A DNA stretch of 64,000 nucleotides from the human T2T-CHM13v2.0 reference genome, Homo sapiens. Below, piece by piece: positions 13,591 through 24,920 of the stretch. The notes under the pieces were generated by a model. The model saw only the letters and a program-made list of their open reading frames with translations, was not told the origin of the DNA and did no database searches. Made by a program: the position numbers and the translations under genes. The stretch's first letter is position 1; each line of letters starts with the position of its first letter. Location of the stretch: assembly GCF_009914755.1 (NCBI RefSeq), contig NC_060936.1. One strand, 5' to 3'.

Positions 13591-15494
13591 ATGTGTAATA
13601 AAAAGTAAAAATAAAAAATGAAAAAAGATAAAAACAAATTCATGGTTTCACAGGTTTTTATGAGGTAAAAAGATATAATCAAATTTAGATGTAAATTCCA
13701 TTGAGATTAATCCTTTTAAATACACAAGTCAGACAACTAACAGTTAAATGAAGGTGTTAGTTGTTGTGGACAAACTACAGAAATCGTGAAATTTCACCAT
13801 CTCAATTATAGCTGATTTTAAATAATTCTTTCCTTATCTTCAAGATCTTGAGGAATGTTCTGTCTGGAAGGGTAGTTCTTATATGAAACCCCACAACAAC
13901 ATCAACAGATCAGTGGGTCAAATGTTGTAAAATTTTGAAAGTCTGCAGTATAAAAATATTAATAAACTTTGCAGTAATGTTAATTTCTCCAAATTAAAAA
14001 TTTCATCAAATGATCAGTTTCAAATTTCAAACTGCTGTTTTGCTATTGCCACATGGCGGCACCACTTCAGCTGCTAAACAGAAACTTCACCATTCTTTTT
14101 TCATATTGGTCTCCAGTTGAGGGAGGTCTTCAGAAACATATCCCTCTCATACGATACATCAGTCTAGTTTTGACTGCCAGAATAGTAAGATTTGTTTGTT
14201 TCCCCCTGTTCTTTTTCTACTACAGTGTGCTTTTATAAAATTTACCCATTAAAGTTTTAGTTTTTAACTGAATTATTTTTTGCTTCTCATGAAGAAGATT
14301 AATTAAATATTTCTTGAGAACATAAAGAGGGTAGTATGTTAGCTTCTGTACTGTATATTTTTCACAGAAGTCCAGAGCTGAAAGATACCCCCAAATCTAA
14401 CTCCTTTACACTAACATATTGAGAAATTGAGTCCATTAAGTACTGGGTTAGGACAATAGAGGAAGATGAAGGTGATCAGGATCTAGTTCTTTCTCCCGAG
14501 CCAAGCTGTTTCTGGACATGAGGTTTTACTCACATGTGAAGAGACTGAGTACCCGAGGACACCTAACTATGTGCTTCTATATACAAACCAGTGTGAAAAG
14601 AAACAAAAAAGGCAGTTAAATTGTAAACAATCAAATAGTAAGACCCTGGAGCCAATACATTCACTGAAGATAGTTCATTTTGATCATTTCAGGACCAAGG
14701 TGTAGATTTTATTAAAAACAACTTCTGTTTGGCCTCATGTATATTAAATATTCAGACAATTTTTACTTTTACAAGCCCCTGAATCAAATATGGCCACATC
14801 ATGACTTTAGTGATATTTATTAGCTAAATAAAGTAATCATAAAATTCTCCTAACAAATAAACATGTTTCTGAGAGAAACATCAGGTACTTTAGGAAGTTT
14901 AATTTCCTTGTTTACAGCACCACATGGTCCCAGTATTGGTAAAATCAAACCTATCTTGAATCCAGTGACCTATAACACTGAAAGCAACCTTAAAAAGGAA
15001 TATTAGTAAACTATGTCTTTATTTTTGTGAGGTGCGAACTCTGAAATTTCACCCCCCCACTTTTGCTTTGAAGGTAGAATGAACATTCTCTAGAAAAAAT
15101 AATATTTAAAAATTATTTTACTAAAGTGCTTGCTTCTTTGGGAAAGCGTGCTATATATTTTCAGAAATTAAAAAAATAAAACTCACTGAAGACCTTTGTA
15201 ACACTGATATGAAAGGAAGAAATATTTACCTACTTGATCTTGATAGTAAGTTTTATTATGCAAAGTTACATTTAAGGGGAATCCATGAGCTAGTAAGTTG
15301 TGTCCATTCTATATTAATAATCTTATGTCCACTCCACTTGGGTCTGAAAAAATAATCCATTTACTAATTTAATCACAGTTAGTAGAGACTTTATTAATTG
15401 GTAAATGTATTATTTAATTCTGAAATATTTGAGACTTTCCTTGTAGTAATTTTCAGAAGTACATAAACACATTAATGAAATACAAAGAAGAACA

Positions 15495-15780
15495 GATGGA
15501 GGTAAAGAGAGGAAAGAGATAACAGACTGAGAACCGTGAGTGAGGGAAAGGGGAAAGATGAAGAGAACTGGGTTAAAGGGTACAAACACACAGCAAGACA
15601 GAAGGAATCTGGCTGTTCACTGTTTGAGAGCACAGTAGGGTGACTATACCTTGCAAAAATGTATTGTACTCAGGTGATGGACACCTTAAATACCCTGATT
15701 TTGATCACTACATATTATGTGCATGTAACAAAATTTCTCATGTATCCCACAAATTTGTACACATTTTTAAAAAAAGACAA
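15495..15780 (+). mobile_element. L1MA 3' end fragment
   Basis: gggtacaaacacacag...gcacagtagggtgactata...ggtgatggacaccttaaataccctga...atgtatcccacaaatttgtac followed by an A-tail. Confidence 0.75.
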
Positions 15781-17650
15781 ACAGAAAAAGCCTTCTTTGA
15801 ATCTTTTCTTGACTAATGTTTTAGAAAGAGAAAGTCTTAAAGATCCCTTAGTGGGTAACCTCTTCCTTTAGGCAGTGGGTCTTAGACTCCCCGGGATGAT
15901 TCCAGAAGCCTCTGATAATCAAATGTACTCAATCCATGGATATTGGATCAGTAATACTAAATTACCAGTTTAAAACCCTAAAGTCAGAGAAGTCTGGTGA
16001 CCTGCTGAGGATCGCAGGGCTCCTCTTACTTGCTTGCACTATAGTTCCTGATTCTGTGAAAACAAACCAATGAACCCCAACTCCTCAACTCTTAAAATGC
16101 ATACAGCCAGATACATATGGACAGCAAGAGTACAGACATTTAAAAACAGAGCAGAAAAAAGTAACTTGAACAGAATGTGGCATTTCCCTTGGTCTGTTGC
16201 TAACGGCCCACATACAACATGCTTAAAAAATCCCACCCTGGCACTTATTTTCATCATCATTTAAAAATGATTCAAATGGACATTTAGAATGCATGGCATT
16301 GAGCATGTATCCCATCTGGGGATAAATGAAAAAGGGCTTCCTCGAGCAGGGCTGTGTTTTTAGTGGTTATCAAGCTAAGGTTAATGTGTAATTGGTCTCT
16401 TCTCTTTGGTCATGCTTTTAAAGCCAAACACAATATTTTAATTGTCTATTTTCAGTACTCCAAAGCCAGAAGCATTAACCAGTTCTTTTTGTAAGAAAAT
16501 AGCTATGGACATGATTTGTAAAATGCCTTCAAGATTTGAAGACATGAAAGAAACATGTAAAAAGGAATTACCTAATTTTCTATTATTCACTTTTTTAATT
16601 AACCCAGAAGCCAATCACACTTTGTTTTACTAAACACTGGAGACTCCTGCTTCCTAGATGTCACCTTTGGGGTGGCTGTTTTCTGAATATTGTTCCAATT
16701 AGAGTTCTTCGCACAAATTCTGAAGGTTGGATATCCCACATACTTATACATACTCTGCAGTATAATTTTAAACTCCAATATACTCAGACAAGAGTCCATA
16801 ACCAGCCAATGGGCTATGAACCTATTTTGATGCTGCCTGCTGTCAGCAAACTGGTCTATTGATAACTATCCTAACAAAGTTAAAACAATGTTCATGGTAA
16901 CACTGGAAAGCTGCAAGAAAGTAATTATGGCTAGGTGAAATGAAAAACTGACCAATCATGGAATGTATTCGTTCACCGTTCTATTAAGCCCAGCTTTTCT
17001 CAGTCTCAGGGTTTTGGTCCTGAATGTTACACTGTAGACATTGTGTGTTAATCGTTTCTCCAATCTAAAGATGGGAATTATCCTATGGGGAAAACATCAC
17101 CTTGCTTTGGCCTTTACTTCCGGAGGATTTTAATGCTTCATTGCTAACATTATTTTAGTACTGCACACCTGGACACATCGCACAGTATAATGTAATATAT
17201 GTAGTCAGGTTTTGGAGAATTTATTTCAATTTACATACAATCCTCCAAATCCTCTGGCGAGCTTGATGTGAAATCTGACACAGCCACATCTCCCTAGCAG
17301 GATCTTCTTTTGCTCTCTATGTTAATAGCCAAAGGCTCCAAGGATCTCTCCCTGGAGCGCGGTGGGGCTAAGGAGTCAGGAAGAGGGGTGACTGCGGGGC
17401 TTGTTGCGCTGAAGATTTACAATGTACTTCTTGCAGGCGGCTCAGCAACCCCCTCTGTGGCTGTGGGTGTCTGGTGTGACAGAGCGGAGAAAAGCTCTCT
17501 AATCTCCCAGTGCCTGCCTCTGCCGCTCAGTCGCTCCCCTCCCTCCCGCCTTTCCTGCCTCCTCGCGCGCTCCCTCTCCTTTGCCTTTCTCTGGGAGTTT
17601 CAGTCCCTCAATGCAGCTGGAGTAGCCCTGGCAATCTAAACCCGAAGCCT

Positions 17651-17697
17651 GTGTATATACACACACGCACACACGCGCACACACATGCACACGCGCT
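17651..17697. repeat. Alternating (CA/CG/TA) purine-pyrimidine tract in the promoter region
   Basis: gtgtatatacacacacgcacacacgcgcacacacatgcacacgcgc. Confidence 0.85.
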
Positions 17698-18499
17698 CGG
17701 ACATACGCACTTCGGCTCTCCCCCTTGGGATATGGAGCAAACCCAGAGCTTCATCTACCTGAAGGGGATGGCCCGGCCGGACACTTCTTTCTCACTTGTC
17801 ATCTCCGGAGGGCAGAGCAAGACTGGAATGAGGGAGTCTCGCTGTCGGGTCTGCAACCTCCTGCCGTTTGCCGCCACCGCCGCTTAAAGTGCCCAGGGTG
17901 GAGAAGGCTTTTCCAGGACGGATCTCCGTCGTAGCTTCGCGGCCCTGGGACTTCCTCCTGCTGGTTCACTCTAGTCTCTCCCACCTCGGCCATCCTTTTC
18001 TCTCCAGCTGCAGGGTGTATGGCTCGGGTGCCTCCCGTGCTGTGGCCGCCGTCACTGCTGCTGCGAGCACATTCCACCCAGAGGACCGAACGCCGCCGCT
18101 GGAGTGGGGGGAGAAAGCGAAAGCCCTAACTTCCCTCTCTACACCCTCGCTCTTCCCACCGCTCCCGTCCTTCTCCCTAGCCGAGAACCGGTTGGAAGGC
18201 TCCCGCGGAAAGCGAGGCGAGAGCGCGGCGCAGGGGAGGGAGAGCCGGGAGCCGCAGGCGCGCAGGGGCGGGGGCAGCATGTGCCCCGCCGCCGGGTGCT
18301 CGTCCGAGAAGTAGCGCGCGCTGGGCAAGCAAGACGCTTTCCAAGTTGGGCGCGTCCCAGAGCTCACAGCCCGGTGTCCAGAGTGAGGCGGGGCTGATGG
18401 GGGTCGCGGAAGCTGCCGTCGCTTGTGTCCAGAACCCGTCTTAAAAGAACCCGGGCCAGCATCCCCAGTCGCGCGCCCTCGGCCCGCGTGAGCTCTCCG

Positions 18500-18580
18500 A
18501 TGCCTGCTCTGGCTGTGGCCCGGGTGGCCCGCCCGCGGGGGGTGCCGGAGGGGGCGGGGGAGGAGGAGGAGGCGGTGTGA
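18500..18580 (+). other. Upstream ORF MPALAVARVARPRGVPEGAGEEEEAV* whose TGA overlaps the TRHDE ATG
   Basis: ATG 18500, 26 codons, TGA 18578-18580 within TGATG. Translation is not demonstrated. Confidence 0.5.
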
Positions 18581-19493
18581 TGGCCCTGGACGGCGAGCTG
18601 GGGGAGCAAGAGGAGGAGAAGAAAAAGAAGAAGAAAAAGAGGAAGAAGAAGAAGGAGGAGGAGGAGGAGGAGGAGGAGGGGGCCGAGAAGAGCAGCTCAC
18701 CCTTCGCAGCCGCGATGGGGGAAGACGACGCCGCGCTTCGGGCTGGCAGCAGGGGGCTCTCCGACCCGTGGGCAGACTCAGTGGGAGTGCGACCCCGCAC
18801 CACGGAGCGCCACATCGCCGTACACAAGCGGCTTGTGCTGGCCTTCGCTGTGTCCCTCGTGGCATTGCTCGCGGTCACAATGCTCGCTGTGCTGCTCAGC
18901 CTGCGCTTCGACGAGTGCGGGGCGAGTGCCACGCCAGGCGCCGACGGTGGCCCCTCAGGCTTTCCGGAGCGCGGCGGCAACGGGAGCCTCCCTGGATCGG
19001 CCCGGCGCAACCACCACGCAGGCGGGGACTCCTGGCAGCCCGAGGCGGGTGGGGTGGCCAGTCCGGGGACCACGTCGGCCCAGCCGCCGTCGGAGGAGGA
19101 GCGGGAGCCGTGGGAGCCGTGGACGCAGCTGCGCCTGTCGGGCCACCTGAAGCCGCTGCACTACAATCTGATGCTCACCGCCTTCATGGAGAACTTCACC
19201 TTCTCCGGGGAGGTCAACGTGGAGATCGCGTGCCGGAACGCCACCCGCTACGTAGTGCTGCACGCTTCCCGAGTGGCGGTGGAGAAAGTGCAGCTGGCCG
19301 AGGACCGGGCGTTCGGGGCTGTCCCTGTAGCCGGTTTTTTCCTCTACCCGCAAACCCAGGTCTTAGTGGTGGTGCTGAATAGGACACTGGACGCGCAGAG
19401 GAATTACAATCTGAAGATTATCTACAACGCGCTCATCGAGAATGAGCTCCTGGGCTTCTTCCGCAGCTCCTATGTGCTCCACGGGGAGAGAAG
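18580..19493 (+). CDS. TRHDE: TRH-degrading ectoenzyme (pyroglutamyl peptidase II), coding exon 1
   Basis: MALDGELGEQ...AAAMGEDDAALRAGSRGLSDPWADSVGVRPRTTERHIAVHKR, then the type II signal-anchor LVLAFAVSLVALLAVTMLAVLLSL, a stalk, and the M1 aminopeptidase N-domain LRLSGHLKPLHYNL...FSGEVNVEI...LGFFRSSY. Sequons NGS/NFT/NAT/NRT. Donor AG|GTATGG at 19493/19494 (914 nt, phase 2). Alternative in-frame ATG at 18715. Confidence 0.97.
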
Positions 19494-20361
19494 GTATGGA
19501 GGGAGGCGGTGCCCCGCGCTGCCCCACCCCGGCGCGCGGCTCGAACCTCTGGGCGGCCTGCGACCCCGGGGACCCAGCTGGCTTCCAATACCCGGGAAGC
19601 CAGGGGTGGGGGGAAGGAAACGAAAGCGGAGTAGGGCAGTCAGAACTCCGGGGTCTCCCAGATGCCTCGGGGTCTCGCTGCCGCCAACTTCGCAAACTGA
19701 CTCACCGGTGCCAAAAGATGAATGCTGCCCCCTCCTCTAGTCGGGACCTCTCCTCTTCCTGTCAGAGTTCCTTAGCCATCGAAACGCAGGGCTCTTTTTC
19801 TGAAGGGTAGCTGATAATCTGAGCGATGCCAGAGTGACATGACAAGCTTGCCAAGTTACTGTCGAGGGAAAATACGTGGCGCTGAAGGCCAAGACAACAG
19901 CGCATCCAGGTTAGCATGTCAGGGCAGGTCAGGGACACACCGTTCTCCACCCCCACCCACAACATGCCCATCTTCCCTGACTATTAGTCTCCTGCCAGGT
20001 GCAGAGCAGAGGATGGGCTTTGGCTGCGTCAAGTTTCCCCAAACTTCAAGTTGAGATTCGGAGTGAAAAGAGTGGTTTCCAGAGATAGGCTGAGAGGACC
20101 GGGACGGGGGTGGAGGTTGCCAAGGCCAGAGCCAGCGATAAGTGGCCTCGCGGGCGCTGCCAGCTCTGTGCTAAGGCAGGGCGACTCCGGTTGTTTGTTT
20201 ATGAGTTGCTGCCTCTGGAGATGATTCCAGTGGCCAAGCGGTGGGAAAGCTAGTTGTCAGTCTCAAATGCCTTGTTAGTGTCTTTGCCGCGTTTTACATT
20301 TGTGTAGTTTTGTATTTTTATAAAAAATTTCCGAGAGGCCGTGGAGCTTTTCACCACTTGT

Positions 20362-20797
20362 TTAGAGCTCAGACCTCATAATCCAATAGAACTGAGTTCG
20401 AATCTCTGCTGTTCATCTAACTCTGGTGGAGGTTTGAGGAAGGTAATTAACCTTTTCCTGACATGACTACTTCTAGTGCTTATTGCACGCCCATGTACTC
20501 AATCCGACAAGAACCCTATGAGGTAGACGCTATTATCAGCATTCCCTATTTTACAGGTGGGGAAATGGAGGCACAGGTGTGTCACATAGCTTGATCAAGA
20601 TCACCAAGAGTGAGCAGACAAAGCACGGATTTAGACCCAGGGAGTCTGGCTCTTGAGCCTAGACTTTTAATTCTAACTTGGGGATACCAATAATAATATT
20701 CTACTTGTAGGATTGGTGTAGACGTCTATGAGTGAATGCATTACAAAGTACTTACCCCTGTGCCTGGCATATAGAGTATCCACCATAAATGCTAGCT
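20362..20797. mobile_element. MIR (+) interrupted by an antisense MIR (~20470-20675)
   Basis: A MIR 5' half, then a reverse MIR core (cctattttacaggtggggaaatggaggcacag), then a MIR 3' half ending cctgtgcctggcatatagag...aaatgctagc. Confidence 0.6.
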
Positions 20798-23749
20798 CTC
20801 ATGAGTGTCTTGTGGCAGTAAGCTCTCAGGTATATTGTTGAATGAATAAGTGATTCTTGTTCTTTGCTCTAATTCCCACATTGCTAAGATAACTTAGATT
20901 AATTAAATGACTGAGGGCAGATGAACAACCAAAGTGAGCTTAAAAATTAAACCAACAACTTTAGAAGAGGAGGCAGGTTACAGATCAGTAATGAGGCAGA
21001 GCCTCTCCTTTTCTCAGGTGATTCTCACAACAGCAGAAAATGGGCTCGGAGAAGCCCAGGGCCCTGGAGGTGAGCAGGCTTGTCAGTGGAGAGTTAGGAC
21101 TTGAACTTTGGTTCTCTAATCCCTGGACCAGACAGAGCTTATGGTGTTTGGAAACTCTCAGAAGAAGTTATTGTGTAAGAGGCTGGGGAAATTGCAATGT
21201 GTTGTGAAAGTAAGCAAAAGTTTTATTATTTATAGAGTTCTATGAAGTAACCTCCTATAAATAAAATGCCCAATGCTTTAGTAGCTGTATGATAGTTAAA
21301 ACCTCCTATAAGTGAATGTATAAATTATTCACTTTCTTACTCCTGACATTAGATATGGATATTTTAAACGCCCTTCTACCACTTCCTCCAACATGTTCTA
21401 AAGAATACAGATTAAAAATATTTTTTAAACCCAGAATTATGTCAAATACGGGGGAAAGGCATAGAAAACAAATTTGCATACTATGTTTAGGAACAAGCTT
21501 CTTAGGTCAAAATGTCAATAGTGGGAGTTGCATATCATTACTGATACATCTTGCTGCAGTGAAATAAATGCTTTTGAAAAACCCTGTTTTTTGAGCCATG
21601 CCAAAATATGTTTGGCAGAACTGAGCTTGTTTTGGTCAATGCTTTCAAATTAACAGGACTCTTAAAAAGACCAGATGTTTCTGCTTGAACCGTAACTGAT
21701 TTCTTGTACCCCTAGTGCGTATTTGTACTCAAACTCTCTTGCAGTTTTCCCCAAAGAAGTAAACAACTTGGTTGGAAGTTCAACCTAGTTAACATATAGT
21801 TAAACTCTTCATCCCAATAGAAATGCAGAACTCAGTGTTCTGAAAATCCCAGGATTGTTTTATTTCTAAACAGCATCTTAGAGAAAGTCCTTGTTCTTCA
21901 TTTTTTTTTCCTTCCTCATTATTATTATTAGAGTAAATCTTATAATTTCTTGGATGTTTCTACTGGAGTTGATAAGACAAAAGAAATAAATCTAATAAAC
22001 CATTTCATAGTTATGCAAACTTTCTATTTATTAAACATTTTTTGTTACTATAGCCACTTGGAGCATGGAGCATTTTTAAACAGACCCATATCAGCATCTC
22101 AGCTAGGGTTGGACTTTTATGTTGTCCACAAAATGCAATGTAAATTGGCATTTTAAAACCCACTTTCAAATAGGACGCAGATGCAAGCACTGAATTTTCA
22201 TTTGATTAATGATTAAACATTTTGGTTTTTAGTTAGATATAATTTTGCCAATTTAATTATAGGGTAATGTCTGTAATAAAAACAAATATGTAATCTGATA
22301 AAGGAAGTCATATTGAGCAACTTGAAATGCTTAAAACAGCAATACTACAGTGCAGTCCACTTCTCTTAGCCTATGTGGAAACACTAACTCATTAAAATCC
22401 TATCAGTCTGATTCTTCAACTTGCTTCTCAGAGACCTGAGCAAAAGAATTTTGGTGACGGCAGGGAAATTAGATTCTACTGTGTGCTATATACCTTGGAC
22501 CCCTGGAAGGTTTTACCCACCTCTGGGTGTTGTAAGTAGCCTGGCTTTGTACAACTGGGAAGACTTGCTTTTCCTGATTTCCATACTGTAATGTACAAAG
22601 GTTAGAAGACGAGCTCCCTCTTGAAGCCCAAGTTTTCCCAAGTTGAGACAAATTCTCTACTCTTGGTTACTACAGTTGTTGAACATTGAAAATAAATTCT
22701 CCTAAAATCCACATGTCTACACACCAATAAGTAAATTAGGCAGAATACATACTCACTTTTTCATCAACTAGGTGTGCAGCAGGCAGATAAAAATGGGTGT
22801 GTATTTATGCTGTAGTCTCCGACAAAAGAGTATGCTTGCTTAGAATTAGGTAAAATGTCCGTTTACCTGAAATAATTGCCGCTTTTGGGTAGCCAGATGG
22901 TGAGCGCACCCGTGTTCAAAGTAGGGTACCTTAATTTAGATCCAGATGGTTGAATTGAAAGGGAAATATAGCCAAGATAAAGAACATTTTGTTCACTTTC
23001 AAAAGGGAGACTGTTTTTCTTTGACAAACTTTAATAGGGTCTATAACATGCCAAAGTGAGACGACATTAAAAATATGAGGTCCTTTTCTATAAAGGATTG
23101 TTTAGAGAGAAACTATAGTCTCCAAGTAAAATGGGAAAATAATAGTGGTAGTTCTCAAAGAGAATTGGGACCATCCTTTTGCAAAAATCTTGGGGAGAGA
23201 ATGGAGGATTTTATCTCTGGGTAGGCATTTGCTCTACTGTGGTATTTGTGTGATCTGATGCCTTGTAATTTACTCAGAATGAATTAATACTCATGGTATT
23301 TAATACAAACAAGAAATTCACTACATTATTTTTAGATCGAAAGCAACTTCATTTCTCCCATTCACTTCGGTAAGAAGATAGCTTAACATGAGCAAGTAGG
23401 AGTATATTGCTTTTTGTCCCTCTATAGAGGACTGTGAACTGAAAAAAATCTTTGAGAACCATTTGTTTCTGTAAAAACTTTTTTCTGTGATTCCTTAATG
23501 GACTTAGCTCATTGTTTTTGTGTCAGGCTCACATAACCATATGGCAAAACTGAGTTCAGTGCTGGATTTTGAACACAATTCAAAATGCCACCAGTAAACC
23601 GTATCTAGACAATGTTTACTAAAAAAAAAGCTCTGACCATGTAATAATGACTCACTCAGGGAGAAAATCTATGCAATTGGTGTTTGTCTTTCTGTGTTTC
23701 CTGTAGTGCCATTTGATTTGATCACCCTGGATAATAATTAAATATACAG

Positions 23750-24920
23750 TTTTTTCAAATTAATTGACATAAAATTGTGTATATTTATCTTGTATAATCT
23801 AATGTTTTGAAGCATGCATACATTTGGAACAAATGTAGTTAATTAACAAATGCATCATCTCATATAGCTATTTTTGTGGTGAGAATGTTTAACATCTACT
23901 CTCAGCAGTTTTCAAGAATATAATATATTGTCATTAATTATAGTCACCTTGCTTTACAATAAGTCCCTTGAACTTATTCCTTTTTTCTAAGTAATTATAT
24001 ATCCTTTGACCAGTAACTCCTCAACTCCATTCTTCCCCTAACCTCTTATTATCTGGTAAACATTATTCTACTCTCTAATTCAGTGAGGTCAACTTTTTTA
24101 GTTTCCACATATTACTGAGATCATGCAATATTTGTCTTTTTGTGCCTGGCTTATTCACTTACATGAAGTCTTCCAGTTCATCCATGTTGTCTCAAATGAC
24201 AGGATTTCCTTCTGTTTATGGCTGAATGGTATTTCATTAGTGTATGTATACATTTTCTTTATCCATCCATTCATTGATGAACTCTTAGGTTGGTTCTGTA
24301 TCTCGGCTACTGTGAATAATGCTGCAATAAACATGTTGCAGATATCTCCTCAACATGATGATTTCTTTTTCTTTGGATATATAATCCACCAGTAGTGGGA
24401 TTGCCAGATCATATGGTAGTTCTATTTTTAATTTTTTGATGAACCTCCATACTGTTTTCCATAATGGCTGTACTAATTTATAGTGTACTCATTTTCACCA
24501 ACAGTGTACAAGGGTTCTTTTTGCTGCACATCCTTGCTAACAGTTGTTATCTTTTGTCTATTTGATAATAGCCATTCTTACAGGTGTGAGTTGACATCTC
24601 ACTGTGGTTGCATTTCCCTGATGATAAGTCATGTTGAACATTTTTCATATACCGGTTGGCCATTTGTATGTCTTATTTTGAGAAATTTTCATTCAGGTCT
24701 TTTGCCCACTTTAAAAAATCAGATTTTGTTTTTTCTTGCTATTGAGTTGTTTGATTTCATTATATGTTTTGGTCATTAATCACTTATCAGATGTACAGAC
24801 TGCGAATATTTTCTCCCATTCTATAGGTTGTCTTTTTACTTTACTGTTTATTGTCTTTGCTGTGCAGAAACATTTTAGTTTGATGCAATCCCGTTTGTCT
24901 ATTTTTTGCTTTTGTTGCCT
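23750..24920 (-). mobile_element. L1MA (L1MA6-8-like) 3' end and ORF2 tail
   Basis: gagatcatgcaatatttgtctttttgtgcctggcttattcactt...agtagtgggattgccagatcatatggtagttctatttt...ctccatactgttttccataatggctg. Confidence 0.88.

Larger units (their letters stand above)
1..19700 (-). ncRNA. TRHDE-AS1: TRHDE antisense RNA 1 locus (extent approximate, exons not resolved)
   Basis: Recalled annotation that an antisense lncRNA overlaps TRHDE exon 1 and extends upstream. Sequence support is limited to minus-strand donor motifs (19705, 19178) and an acceptor at 18598. Confidence 0.35.
17840..19760. promoter_or_regulatory. CpG island / TRHDE promoter and first exon (approximate limits, shoulder to ~20350)
   Basis: Sharp rise in GC and CpG content relative to AT-rich flanks. 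GC boxes at 18265 (ggggcggggg), 18385 (gaggcggggc) and 18551. Confidence 0.9.

Noticed and set aside
18794-18814. REST/RE1-like sequence ccccgcaccacggagcgccac
   Set aside because: Mismatches at core positions of both half-sites, and explained by coding constraint.
17966-19353. Long minus-strand and alternate-frame ORFs (299, 210, 204, 132 aa) over the CpG island
   Set aside because: Shadow ORFs expected from stop-poor GC-rich DNA. They are Pro/Arg/Ser low-complexity with no recognisable domain.
21249-21317. Short direct repeat aacctcctataa x2
   Set aside because: Only two copies, an ordinary local duplication and not an array.
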